DNA of 63,982 nt, filler included, from Squatina squatina (Eukaryota), in NCBI GenBank assembly GCA_031763465.1. It is 3 parts of 2 records of this genome, joined end to end, with 100 filler letters (N's around TTAATTAATTAA, not from the genome) between each part and the next. Parts side by side here need not be neighbours in the genome. Positions count along the whole stretch, not along the records: positions 22,695 to 49,998 come from JARFOE010000001.1; 2 more parts are not named here. One strand, 5' to 3'. Within the stretch, counting starts at the first letter, position 1. Each line of letters begins with the position of its first letter. Of the stretch, positions 23,761 to 34,758 are shown one piece after another. The notes below the pieces were generated by a model, which saw only the letters and a list, made by a program, of their open reading frames with translations, was not told the origin of the DNA and ran no database searches. A program made the position numbers and the translations under genes.

Positions 23761-25967
23761 GTGAGTGCACTCTTTAAATACCAGTCTCTGAAAATCAACA
23801 CTACAAATATGTTTTTTTAATGATATTCATCTGTTTTAAATGCGTGATCCTACATCGCTGGCAGGATAATTCGATGTTGATCGTGTTTGTGTGTGTGTGT
23901 TACGTGCAGCCGTTTCCCGAATATTTCGTTTAGTGGGGTTACATGAGTTTATTATTGCAACTGGAACAATAACCGTATCGATAAATATTGCTCGTGTAGA
24001 TGTTGCCCCCTCCCCTATGGCTGCTCACATCTACTTAAATTGAGTACAATCGTGGTAAGGCGTTTAATTTCCCATAATGTATAATACCGCCATCTGCTGA
24101 TTGTAATAATTAACTACGTTTCTGTGCCTTTGACAGATCTTGCTCATAACACGATTATTATGCAGGGGGGTTTCAGTGGTAGAGACTGATCATAGCCCTA
24201 ATCCTAATTACCCAGTGCCCACCAGCTCCGATAGCGTGATGTTTGAGATAACACCAGTTGCAAACCCCAGCAATAGCTGTGATGTCATGTACCCCAGTTC
24301 TACACTTGATCTGACACATGCTGACAAGCTTCATGTGATGTGCCTACAAAATGAAAGTCAGCATTTGCAATATAGTATCCCTCTGTAACAACGGCCGACT
24401 TCGGTGATTGAGGAACCAAGGCGAAGGGCTAAAACTCGAGGTGCAGGCCTACCGCCATATTTAAAAACAGTAAAAGAAAGGGGAATTAGCAATTAGTGAT
24501 TGGATAATGTCCAGTTTGAATTTTAAAACCTGGAGATTCATTGAGAAGAGAAAGACTGAAGGAGGAGAGGACCTTTTAGTTCCTAGGCATGAGTTGGAGA
24601 AGGTAGCCTGAATCATGAATCTTCACTGCAACACAGTGGGGATGTATCGTGGACGTGAAGATTGTGTAGGACATGATATTTGGATCTTAGAAGGAGTAAA
24701 ATAGAAAAGTTCAAAGGAACACGGACCATATCTATAAATAATGATAAGAAGGATAGCAATTGAGAGAGAGAGGGACTGGAGGCAAGAGGAAAGAGAGAAA
24801 TCTCCTGTCAGACCACTTGATTTTTCTTATATTCTGTCCAGGAATGTGGAGAGGTGTTGAAAGATCATTTCCAGATATGGTATTACCTCTTGGACAGACA
24901 AGCTCTATTTAAGGCATGTCGAAAACATAGCATATGGCAAAACTGTCTGCATCATTTACTGTGGATAATTAAAAGTCACTTTATTGATTGTGTGCAAATC
25001 AGGTGGGTTAATGCAAATAAATGTGTTTCCGTTTCCTTTGCTNNNNNNNNNNNNNNNNNNNNNNNNNNNNNNNNNNNNNNNNNNNNNNNNNNNNNNNNNN
25101 NNNNNNNNNNNNNNNNNNNNNNNNNNNNNNNNNNNNNNNNNNTGGTTAATAAATAACCAGAATTTAAAATGGATTTTTTTTATCTCTTGATTTCAAAGGC
25201 TTCAAAGTACAATGAGCATTCCCAGGTTTGAAAATGAAGGCTGAATGACAATATAACTAAAGCAATACAGCAAAGTGACAAGTCGTTGTCACGGAGAGTG
25301 TTAGACCATCAGACTACAGAAATGATCAAATATAATAGAACAGAACCTTTGCAGTAAACATGCGGTTTAGTTGCCATGGAGTTTAGACCTGCGTCTGTCT
25401 GTTAATGTTACTGCTACCATAAATGGGTACTTTGAAAGCAGTAGCTGCCATGTAAATGATGCTTAGTGTGCTAACTATATTGCATGTTCGTCAGCTATTC
25501 ATTATATGTTCCAAAGTTTTGTGCTAAGAACATTTGTCATTGAGGTAATAATTTGAAAAACATCTCGGAAGCAGGGTAGTCAAAGCAACTATCAATGTAT
25601 TAAAGTCTGACATTATGTAATAGAAAAACAAGACATCATCACGTCTGACTAGGTAGGGTGATGTACCCTGTCTGTTGCAGAATCATTGCTTCTTGTTAAA
25701 TTATGACAGTTGGACACCTAATAGAGGAACATTTTGCAATGATTCTTTTAGAACACTGTTATTCTTATTTACACTGTTTTGAATGGTATTCTGAACATCC
25801 AGCAAAGTACAGGAACATTTAAGTGTAGGCAGCAAATGTACTTCTGTTAAAGGGTTAAAGGGTTAAAGCTTACTTAAAATGAAGATAAATTTGCTACATG
25901 AGCCACTCAAGGGTAGTATATCCCTTCCTGCAATCCCACTACTGCAAATTCCAAGAACAGTCTCACG

Positions 25968-26220
25968 TTTAAACCAAGGCCCCATCTGCCTTCTCAAGTG
26001 AATGTAAAAGATCCCACGGCCACCTATTGGAAAAAGAGCTGGGGAGTTCTCCCCGATGTCCTAAGCCAATATTTATCCTTCAACCAACATTACTAAAAAA
26101 CAGATTATCTGATCATTATCATGTTGCTGTTAGTAGGACAATACTGTGCACAAATTGGCTGCTGTATTTCATACATTACAACAGTGACTACACTTCAAAA
26201 GTACTTCATTGGATGTGAAG
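25968..26220 (+). mobile_element. Deu-domain SINE (SacSINE/AmnSINE-related)
   Basis: aaaagatcccacggcc..ggaaaaagagctggggagttctccccgatgtcctaagccaatatt resembles the Deu core AAAGATCCCATGGCACT..AAGAG.AGGGGTGTT..CCCCGGTGTCCTGGCCAA. Confidence 0.7.
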
Positions 26221-26778
26221 NNNNNNNNNNNNNNNNNNNNNNNNNNNNNNNNNNNNNNNNNNNNNNNNNNNNNNNNNNNNNNNNNNNNNNNNNNNNNNNN
26301 NNNNNNNNNNNNNNNNNNNNGACGGATTTCATTAGCCTGAGGAAATAAACTAACAAAGCTAAGACATGTTGTTCATAAGTTCACTGATTAAATTTGTTCA
26401 AAGTCTGGGTCAAAAAGCACATTAGATATTTCAAAATCAGTGCATTTACTGTCCAACAGATTTAGGAATGCACTGTAATTGGATTTATAATATTATACAA
26501 AATTTACAAATGGTCCTTGAGGGAAATGCCTGAATCAATTGTAATCCTTGTTAATGGGACAAAACGAAGTTATGTGATAGATATTTCAGTTAGANNNNNN
26601 NNNNGTACGTGGCAAAGTGGCTGCAAATCCCAACACCATCTGAATTGACCTCATTTGGATAGACATATCTAGCCATTGTATCTTTGAATATGGTTGGGGT
26701 CGGGTTTGATTTTTTTAAAAATCCGTGTTCTCACCCTGCAATGGGTTCTTTCCTTAAGAATTCATAGTTACACGTTGT

Positions 26779-26991
26779 TGTAAAGAACTAGCTGGTTTAT
26801 TAGCAAAGGTTTAACAAACAAACTAAACACTCTCAGTTCATGCACACAACTGCATGCCTCCTTGTAGAGAACCTGAACTCAATGGACTTGGGTTTTATTG
26901 AGTCCTGTGAACATCCTGTGACCAGTTAAGCCATTCATAATGCAACAACTCCCCCAGCCCTTTGACCATGCTCAAAGGTGCATACATTACA
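26779..26991. mobile_element. Putative solo LTR (TGTAA...TTACA) nested in a MITE
   Basis: 5-bp inverted termini, internal TTTATT signals and MITE-like flanks (..ggttaaaattacccc at about 27020-27036). No clear TSD. Confidence 0.45.
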
Positions 26992-27899
26992 CACCCAACC
27001 TGCACCCACCCATTCTTGGAGGTTAAAATTACCCCCAATATGTAGCTTCAGGAACAGGTGTTTCTATGTAACAACTCACGATAGTACAATTAAAATCTTT
27101 TACAGTTCACAGAAATTCAATTTCAAAACATTCAGAAATAAGCAATGCAGTGATTGAAAAAGGGCTGCCTCAGTAAAACAAAAGAAAACCCTATAAAAAC
27201 AAGTACAGCATTTTTCAGTGTAGCGTCAGCTTTTCAAAGTTATCGTGTTGAACCTTGATAACTGGTTGGCTGAAGTCAAGGCAACCACAGTGTAAATCAT
27301 CTGCAGTCAAACTAAAAATAGAAAATGGTGGAAATGCACAACAGATCAGTCATACCTGTAAAGAGGAAATGCAGATTATGATGTTTATGGGTGTCATACA
27401 CCTGTCTTTCCTTTGAATAGATGCAAATTGACTGCTGTGTGTTTCCAGCATTTATATTGCTTTTATTACAGATTTCCAGCATTTGTAGNNNNNNNNNNNN
27501 NNNNNNNNNNNNNNNNNNNNNNNNNNNNNNNNNNNNNNNNNNNNNNNNNNNNNNNNNNNNNNNNNNNNNNNNNNNNNNNNNNNNNNNNTTTTCTGTGTAG
27601 CAATGTTTCAGTCATCCCTACCATTTCCAGGTCCTCTCTATAAAGTTTTGTCTCCAGTTCATACATTTTGTTTTGAATATCGTGTGCATTGCTGTAACAA
27701 CACTGTTTTTATTTGTTATTTCTCACTCTTTGTTTTTAGTAGTTATTTTACCTTTGGCTCTATGACTTTATCTGATCTCTGGCCATTAGTGTTAACCTTA
27801 ATCCTTCCTTTAGTTCTTTACTCTGTTTTCCTTATTATTTTATTGTTAGGTTTCTGTCATTTCTAGCTGTTCCCTTCTTATTTACAGCCCTAGTTATCC

Positions 27900-28380
27900 T
27901 TTCCACTAGGACCTTGGTTCCAGCCCAGTTCAGATGCAGTCCATCCCAATGGTACAGCTCCTTCCTGTCCCAGTACTGGCAACAGTGTCCCATGAAATGG
28001 AGCCCTTCTTCCTACACCAGTCCTTCAGCCATGCAGGACCCTCCTGATCTGCTTATCCCTATGCCAGTTAGCATGTGACATGGGCAGTAATCTCAAGATT
28101 ATCACCCGTGGAGTCCTGCTTTTCAATTTAGTTCCTAGCTTCTGATATGCCCTTAGCAGGACCTCCTCCTTGTTCTTCCCTATGTCATTGACCCCGACAT
28201 GGACCAAGGCAACTGGATCTGCCCGCTCCCTTTCCAAGTTCCTCTCCAATTGCTCCAAATATCCTTTACCCTAGTCAGGCAGGTAACACACCCTCCTGGA
28301 CTCTCCGTCTTGACTGCAGAGGATGCTATCTATCCCCCAATTGTCGAATCCCCTACGACTACAACCTTTCTGTTCTGCTC
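27900..28380 (-). mobile_element. CR1 ORF1 (SGNH/GDSL esterase-like) fragment
   Basis: DPVALVHVGVNDIGKNKEEVLLRAYQKLGTKLKSRTPRVII..LLP..HANWHRDKQIR. Confidence 0.8.
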
Positions 28381-28844
28381 CTCCTCCTCCCCTTGGATTG
28401 CCTGCATTGGCTATACATAATTTTTTCAAACTTTTCCCTGCATTAGATTTACTGCTGGTTCCTGCGCTCTTTTTAAATGCTCTGTTATTTCAATGTCATT
28501 TTGACTTGCTAGCATTCCTATTAGGCTATGGCTTCAGATTGCCAGATTAATACATTATTGCATCCTGGAATTCCCATTGAGTAGTCAACCATCTAAATTA
28601 TTTGAGAAAATTTCTGCTCAAAATGAAGTGGCTGCTGGAAACATTGCATTAAATTGTTGTAATTTGCCTGAATGGTGCAATAAGTATATCCAATGCCATA
28701 TCGGGTAGGGCACTCATGATAGTTGTCTCATACAGGTGCTGGGTNNNNNNNNNNNNNNNNNNNNNNNNNNNNNNNNNNNNNNNNNNNNNNNNNNNNNNNN
28801 NNNNNNNNNNNNNNNNNNNNNNNNNNNNNNNNNNNNNNNNNNNN

Positions 28845-29014
28845 AACAGAGATTGATAGATTTCTCGATATTAGAGGCATCAAGGGATATGGGGATAATG
28901 CAGGAAAATGGCGTTAAGGTAGAAGATCAGCCATGATCTTGTCGAATGGCAGAGCAGGCTCGAGGGGCCGAATGGCCTACTCCTGCTCCTATTTCTTATG
29001 TTAGTATGTTCTTA
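28845..29014 (+). mobile_element. CR1 3' end
   Basis: TEIDRFLDIRGIKGYG (ORF2 C-terminus) followed by the 3'UTR gatcagccatgatct..ggctcgaggggccgaatggcctactcctgctcct. Confidence 0.85.
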
Positions 29015-29611
29015 CATTCTCCTCAGAATAAAGCTGGAGAAAAAATAGGAAAGCCATTATTCAAAACAGTGAAGATAACTTGATTTATTTTGTATAAAAT
29101 GTCAAAAATATGGTAAAGCTTGAGTTCTTCAACATTTTTCTGGATTAACTTTGATGGTGTAAGAGTGATGAACACAAGTACAGCAAGGAAAAACTAGTGA
29201 GTGGGAAGGAGCAGGTCCTTGCATTTTGTAATGTATTTAAATTCTTACAGCATCTGCCTTTATTTCATTTATGCTTATATTAAGAATTCCAAAACAACCA
29301 TTATTCATTTAAATAAGTAACCAGTTCTGGAAGGATGGTATAATTATTCACCTTTGGAAGGAGGCTATGAATCAACATGTTGACTTAAACATGTATATTT
29401 AAGTAGCATGGTAACACAAAGCAGAGACAGTTGGTAAGTTAATTTAATATTTTCTTAAATTGTCTTTATTTCATGGTTTTATCTATAAAAACCCACACAC
29501 TAAAAAGTTGGATAGTAAAAGTTAATAGCTTCTACCTCGTATTATATTCAGATATTGTTTGTTTGAGTGATTGATTCATTCATCTGCAATTCAGTGGGTG
29601 AGGAAAACACT

Positions 29612-30323
29612 GGACAGAACCTTGCTGGAAAAATAGCAGTGTGTTAATGACATACACTATTATTAATGCCAGCAAATCCAGGGGATTGAGAGGTATGTTG
29701 TAAGTTGCAATTCTTGCTGGTCGATTTAAAACACTCCACTCCAAGACAAGCAGCGTCTTGTTCTTAGATTCCCGGTTATTCTNNNNNNNNNNTAAACTCG
29801 CTGCAGACAGTTAGGGCTAGCGATTAAGAGTGTAAGTACCTTTTTAACTACATGATAATTGTTAATGTGATGCCAATTGACATCTCTGGCCCAGAAAGGG
29901 AACAATTTAAACCGTTCAATCTTATTCGTGCATGTATTACATTGCTCTTAGAGATCTTTTAAAAATTACATTTTAAATTTTTAAAATGTTTTTCATACTT
30001 TTCCTTTCTCCCTCTTTTTCTCTCTCTCAATCCAATCTTTCTTTCTCTGTCTTTCTCTTTCTATATCTGATTTGATTCTAATTCATCCTATTTCCTTCTC
30101 CGTCTTTCCTCTGTTTCTTTCTCAATCCTTAAATTTCATTGGTTAAGGAGACACTCTCTTGGTCCTGCCATTCACTGAGGTCAAAGATGCCCCGTTGCCC
30201 TCGCCACACCTTTATCAATTCGCATTTCCAGCAAGTTACTGCTCAAAACATTTTCGAGCTGAAGGGTGCAGGAAAAAGTCTAACTAACACCGCAAGATGC
30301 ATCACGCCAGCAAGTCTTTGCCC
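29612..30323. mobile_element. PIF/Harbinger-like non-autonomous element with 17-bp imperfect TIRs and a 3-bp TSD (ACT)
   Basis: Left end GGACAGAACCTTGCTGG, right end CCAGCAAGTCTTTGCCC; ACT at 29609-29611 and 30324-30326. Confidence 0.65.
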
Positions 30324-30649
30324 ACTATTTATTTTCCAGGAACCAATAGAAAAACACCTAATTCACTGTCTCTGGGGAGATCTCTTACCCGAACACTACC
30401 GTAGTCCACATTCTTTCACCCGAACACTACAGTAAACTTTGACTCAAAAGGGTTGAATTTCCATAGGAGTTCTCCCAATTGTCCACTGTGACTTTGGTGG
30501 AAGATTTGGGAAAAACCCGAGAAACAATGTACCCATTTGTGCCATTTCCATAGGGTTTCCATGGATCTGTCAAAGATACAGCAGATGATTGGGAGAGTCG
30601 CCTTTAGTTTTTGTGTAATGAAGTGCTAAAACTATTTTGTGTGAAGTTT

Positions 30650-30836
30650 TCTACGTATCAGAGGGAGTCTACTACTAAAAGGGTGCTGGCCATGCATGAG
30701 CGAATTACAGCTTCAATGGCAAGGGTGCTCGAGATTCTCTCTGAACTACTATGGGGTGTAGAGGAGTCTGCCTCCCGCATCATCGAGAGCTCTGCACACA
30801 CCATGGAGCCTATCATTGACAGTATGCAGTCAATGG
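30650..30836 (+). mobile_element. Possible Harbinger Myb/SANT accessory-ORF C-terminal fragment
   Basis: KRVLAMHERITASMARVLEILSELLWGVEESASRIIESSAHTMEPIIDSMQSM is a helical ORF resembling shark transposon-derived predicted proteins (from memory, not searched). Confidence 0.35.
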
Positions 30837-30936
30837 NNNNNNNNNNNNNNNNNNNNNNNNNNNNNNNNNNNNNNNNNNNNNNNNNNNNNNNNNNNNNNNN
30901 NNNNNNNNNNNNNNNNNNNNNNNNNNNNNNNNNNNN

Positions 30937-31505
30937 CCATTAATTTTACAATCTCTTTCCTCATCCTTTCGACCAAAATCAATCATTTCATATTTCTCTG
31001 CATTAAATTTTATCTGCCATGTGCCTGCCCATTTCACCAGTCTAAGTCTTGCTGAAGTCTGTTACTATCCTCCTCACTGTTCAATACATTTACAAGGTTT
31101 GTGTACCTGTATACACAAGCCCATGTTATTAATGTATATATCAAAAAGTGCAGTGATCTCAACACCAAACCCTTTGAGGCATCAAGGCACAGTCCCCTCC
31201 AAACTGCAAAACAAATGTTCACCACGACTCTGCTTTCTGTCCCTTAGCCAATTTTGTAACCACTCTGCCACTGCTCATTTAATCCTATGGATTCCAATTT
31301 TGTTAACAAGTCTATTAAGTGGTACTTTATCAAACACCTTTTGAAAGTCCATATACATTACATCAACCATACTGCCCTCATCCACCCTCTCCAATAGTTC
31401 ATCAAAGAATTCAATCAAGTTAATCAAACACAATTTTCCTTTTACAAATCCATGCTGGCTTTCATTTATTAACCGATATTTTTCCAAGTGCCAATTAATT
31501 TTGTC
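30937..31505 (-). mobile_element. Degenerate CR1 reverse transcriptase fragment
   Basis: LINESQHGFVKGKLCLINLIEFFDE...VDVMYMDFQKVFDKVP; EEDSNRLQQDLD; WQIKFNAEK. Confidence 0.88.
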
Positions 31506-32149
31506 CTGAAATAATGGGGCCGAAATTGGCTACCTTTTAGCGCACCTGTATCGCCGGGTATATGCGTTGTTGGGGCACAAAGAGGTTTTTTCTTGTTGCC
31601 AGCGGGTCTGATGCCTCACGGGCTATTACCGGCCCATTTTGCAGAGGCATCCACAGGAGACGACTCCGTGGGCAGGTGCGACGCCCTNNNNNNNNNNNNN
31701 NNNNNNNNNNNNNNNNNNNNNNNNNNNNNNNNNNNNNNNNNNNNNNNNNNNNNNNNNNNNNNNNNNNNNNNNNNNNNNNNNNNNNNNTGCCTGCACCAGA
31801 ACATCACAAAATTTTTGTGTGGCCCTCCCCTCTGCCTTTGTTTATCCATTACCCACAGTTTTATCACCTTTGTAATAGTAGCAAGACTTCTGGAAATGAT
31901 CTTTCACATTCCAAATCACCTTTCAAATGAGATGTGTGCAAGGCTGCTTTAAATATCGGTGCTAGAAATGAGTCATCAATAATGTCATCAGACCCGCTCC
32001 CTTTAATTGGGCCAGGAAATGGGCATGACTGGTTTAATTGGGGCCATTAAGTAAAAGTCGCACTGAACACATTGCTGCACACATCACATTCCCGATCCGC
32101 TATGCGCCCCACACGCACAAAACCTGACTCCAAGGTAAATATTCCAGCC

Positions 32150-32565
32150 TCTATATTTGTTAGCTGGAGACACAAGTTGTTAGGGGATACATGGTATGAT
32201 TTAACAGCATTAACAGAGATATGACTGGGCTGGCAGGATCTGAGAGCTAAGCATTCATGGAGGATTGAGAAGGAAAAAAGAGGAAGGATGGGAGTATTAA
32301 TCAAAGATGGCATAGGGAATCCTGAAAAGCTGAATCTATTTGGGTAGAATTAACAAATAAGAAGGGAGCTACTGGGAGTTCATTATAGATGGCTGAACAA
32401 TGGAAAGGAGATAAAGAAAGATATATGCAGACAAATTAGAGAAAAATGCAGAAAGACTCGGGCCATAATAGTGGATGACTTCAATTATCCAAAGATAAAC
32501 TAGAGGTAAAAGTGGCAAAGAAGTGGGATTCTACACTATGCTCAGGACCGGTCTCTAAGTCAGTA
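32150..32565 (+). mobile_element. Degenerate CR1 endonuclease-domain fragment
   Basis: YDLTALTE.W, GVLIKD, ESIWVEL.NKKG, II.DDFNYPKI-like motifs spread across frames. Confidence 0.65.
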
Positions 32566-33637
32566 TGGGGGAAGAATTTCTGGTGAGGTGCTCCCACTTG
32601 CTAGCCGTAACTTTGGCACAAGAGCTAAAGAAACCCCCAAAAAAGGGCATGGACATAGTGGCCAGGGCCTACAACTATAGTGTGGAAGAGTCAACATTTA
32701 ATGGACTAAAATTACATTATAAGTGTTAACAGATCATTTTAACATTGTAAATGCTGGCATAAAAACATGACCAAAAATCATGACAGCAAGTTTATGGATA
32801 GGAAATGTGTGTCACAACTATCAATAATATATTGATGTCTTTAAACCTGTCCCTGATTCTCAACAAAACACATGGCGTGTTGATGGCTTCAACAACAGTA
32901 CATGTTGGATAACAGGACCTTTGATAGAAACTCAATTTAAAAATAAATGAAACGAAGTTCTAAGGCTATGGTTCTTTGCCTCTTTTTTCTCTCTTCTCCT
33001 GAAGGCAGTGACTCTTGTTACGGTGTAGTTCTTTGAACACATACAGCCCTTTGATACCTCACTCAAGTAGCCATTTTTCCAGTATAAGCCTAGATAGCAA
33101 GTTATTAAACCCAGATTTCCTAATCCTGTCCACAGACAACGTGCATTCACATATACTTCTCAGCAATCAAGCAAAAACCAATGTATGATTTTACCCTCAT
33201 TAGCCCAGGAACCTTAAGGCTAGGTGTAGCAGCCTCATCAGTATTTACATGCAGCATGAAATGTCAACAAAACAGAGAAAATAGCTCCTCAAGGTTCTGC
33301 AAAAAATATATATCCTATTATGTTGCTGTAATAACTTCTTATGAATGGTGCAATTTCTCCTCCATACATTATGTATGACTGGAATATTCTACTACGTGTT
33401 CTGTTTTAATCTATAATCTAAAAATGCATTTGAATAACACAAGAGGTCTATGATCAGCATGTTGCAATCCACTTATACAGAAGCAGTGAGTGCTGCTGCA
33501 GTGACCCAAGACTGTTCACTATTGTAGTGGGAGTAATTTCAAATTGGCCTTTACAGGTAGTTATCATACTCCCAGTGCAGTATAAAAAGCATATGGTGGC
33601 TAAGTAACATGACGGTGAAAGTGAAAGAAACTTTTGA

Positions 33638-33931
<294 letters not shown>

Positions 33932-34005
33932 TGAGTGTCACATGCTGGGACTGGGAATGAAGTATGGGTATTCATGCGGTTTACCCACTGCCGTGACAAA
34001 ATAAT

Positions 34006-34758
34006 GGCCTGCATTTTGGGTTCAGCGGCGAAGTGACACCACTTGCCGCTGACCTTGAAGAAAGTTGCCACAAAGATCTAGCGATCTCCATGGTGTGGAT
34101 TTAACCTATCACAACCTTAATTTGATTCGGGCGTCAAGTCTAGGGGATCTCCAGCATCCAGAGTGATGGCATCAAGCTGGCTAAGCAGCCAATCACATTG
34201 AAGAATTATCACAGAGAGCAAAACAGTAAGTAAAATGTACTGCTTATCCTTCACTTTTTAAATAATTTTACAGAGAGCAAAATAAAGATTTGGACATACA
34301 CGTGGGATTAAGGTAGAAGCTGAAATATCATAAACAAACTTTAAAAAGTACATTAAAAACTATGGAATTTTTATCATAACTTAAACGTTTGACATTCCAC
34401 AAACATAAAATTTGTTTTTCAGGGCCAGTACAGTTGTTCAGCAGTACTAATGACTCAGTGCGCCGTTTAAAACCCAGTTACCCCTCATTGAACAAAACTT
34501 AACTTTTTCGGGAGGTCTTAACAGCAATATTAGCGTAAAAGCTGAAGTTCTCGTCAGTTCAGTCATTTCAACTGATTGTCGGCTGTGGAGAGTTCAACAG
34601 CATGCCCTGTGGAGGACCAGGAGATGGCTGAAAGCAAGTTCTGGATTTCCTCGTTTAACTGTGCATGTGCAGATGCCAGAAGTTGAGGTCAGTTTCACAG
34701 TTGTAAAGACAATGAACGCTGACAGTTTCACTGTCATTACAACTGCAAATTCCAGGTC
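34006..34758. mobile_element. TIR-bounded non-autonomous DNA element in GABRB1 intron 4
   Basis: Left end GGCCTGCATTTTG, right end CAAATTCCAGGTC (reverse complement GACCTGGAATTTG). Confidence 0.5.
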
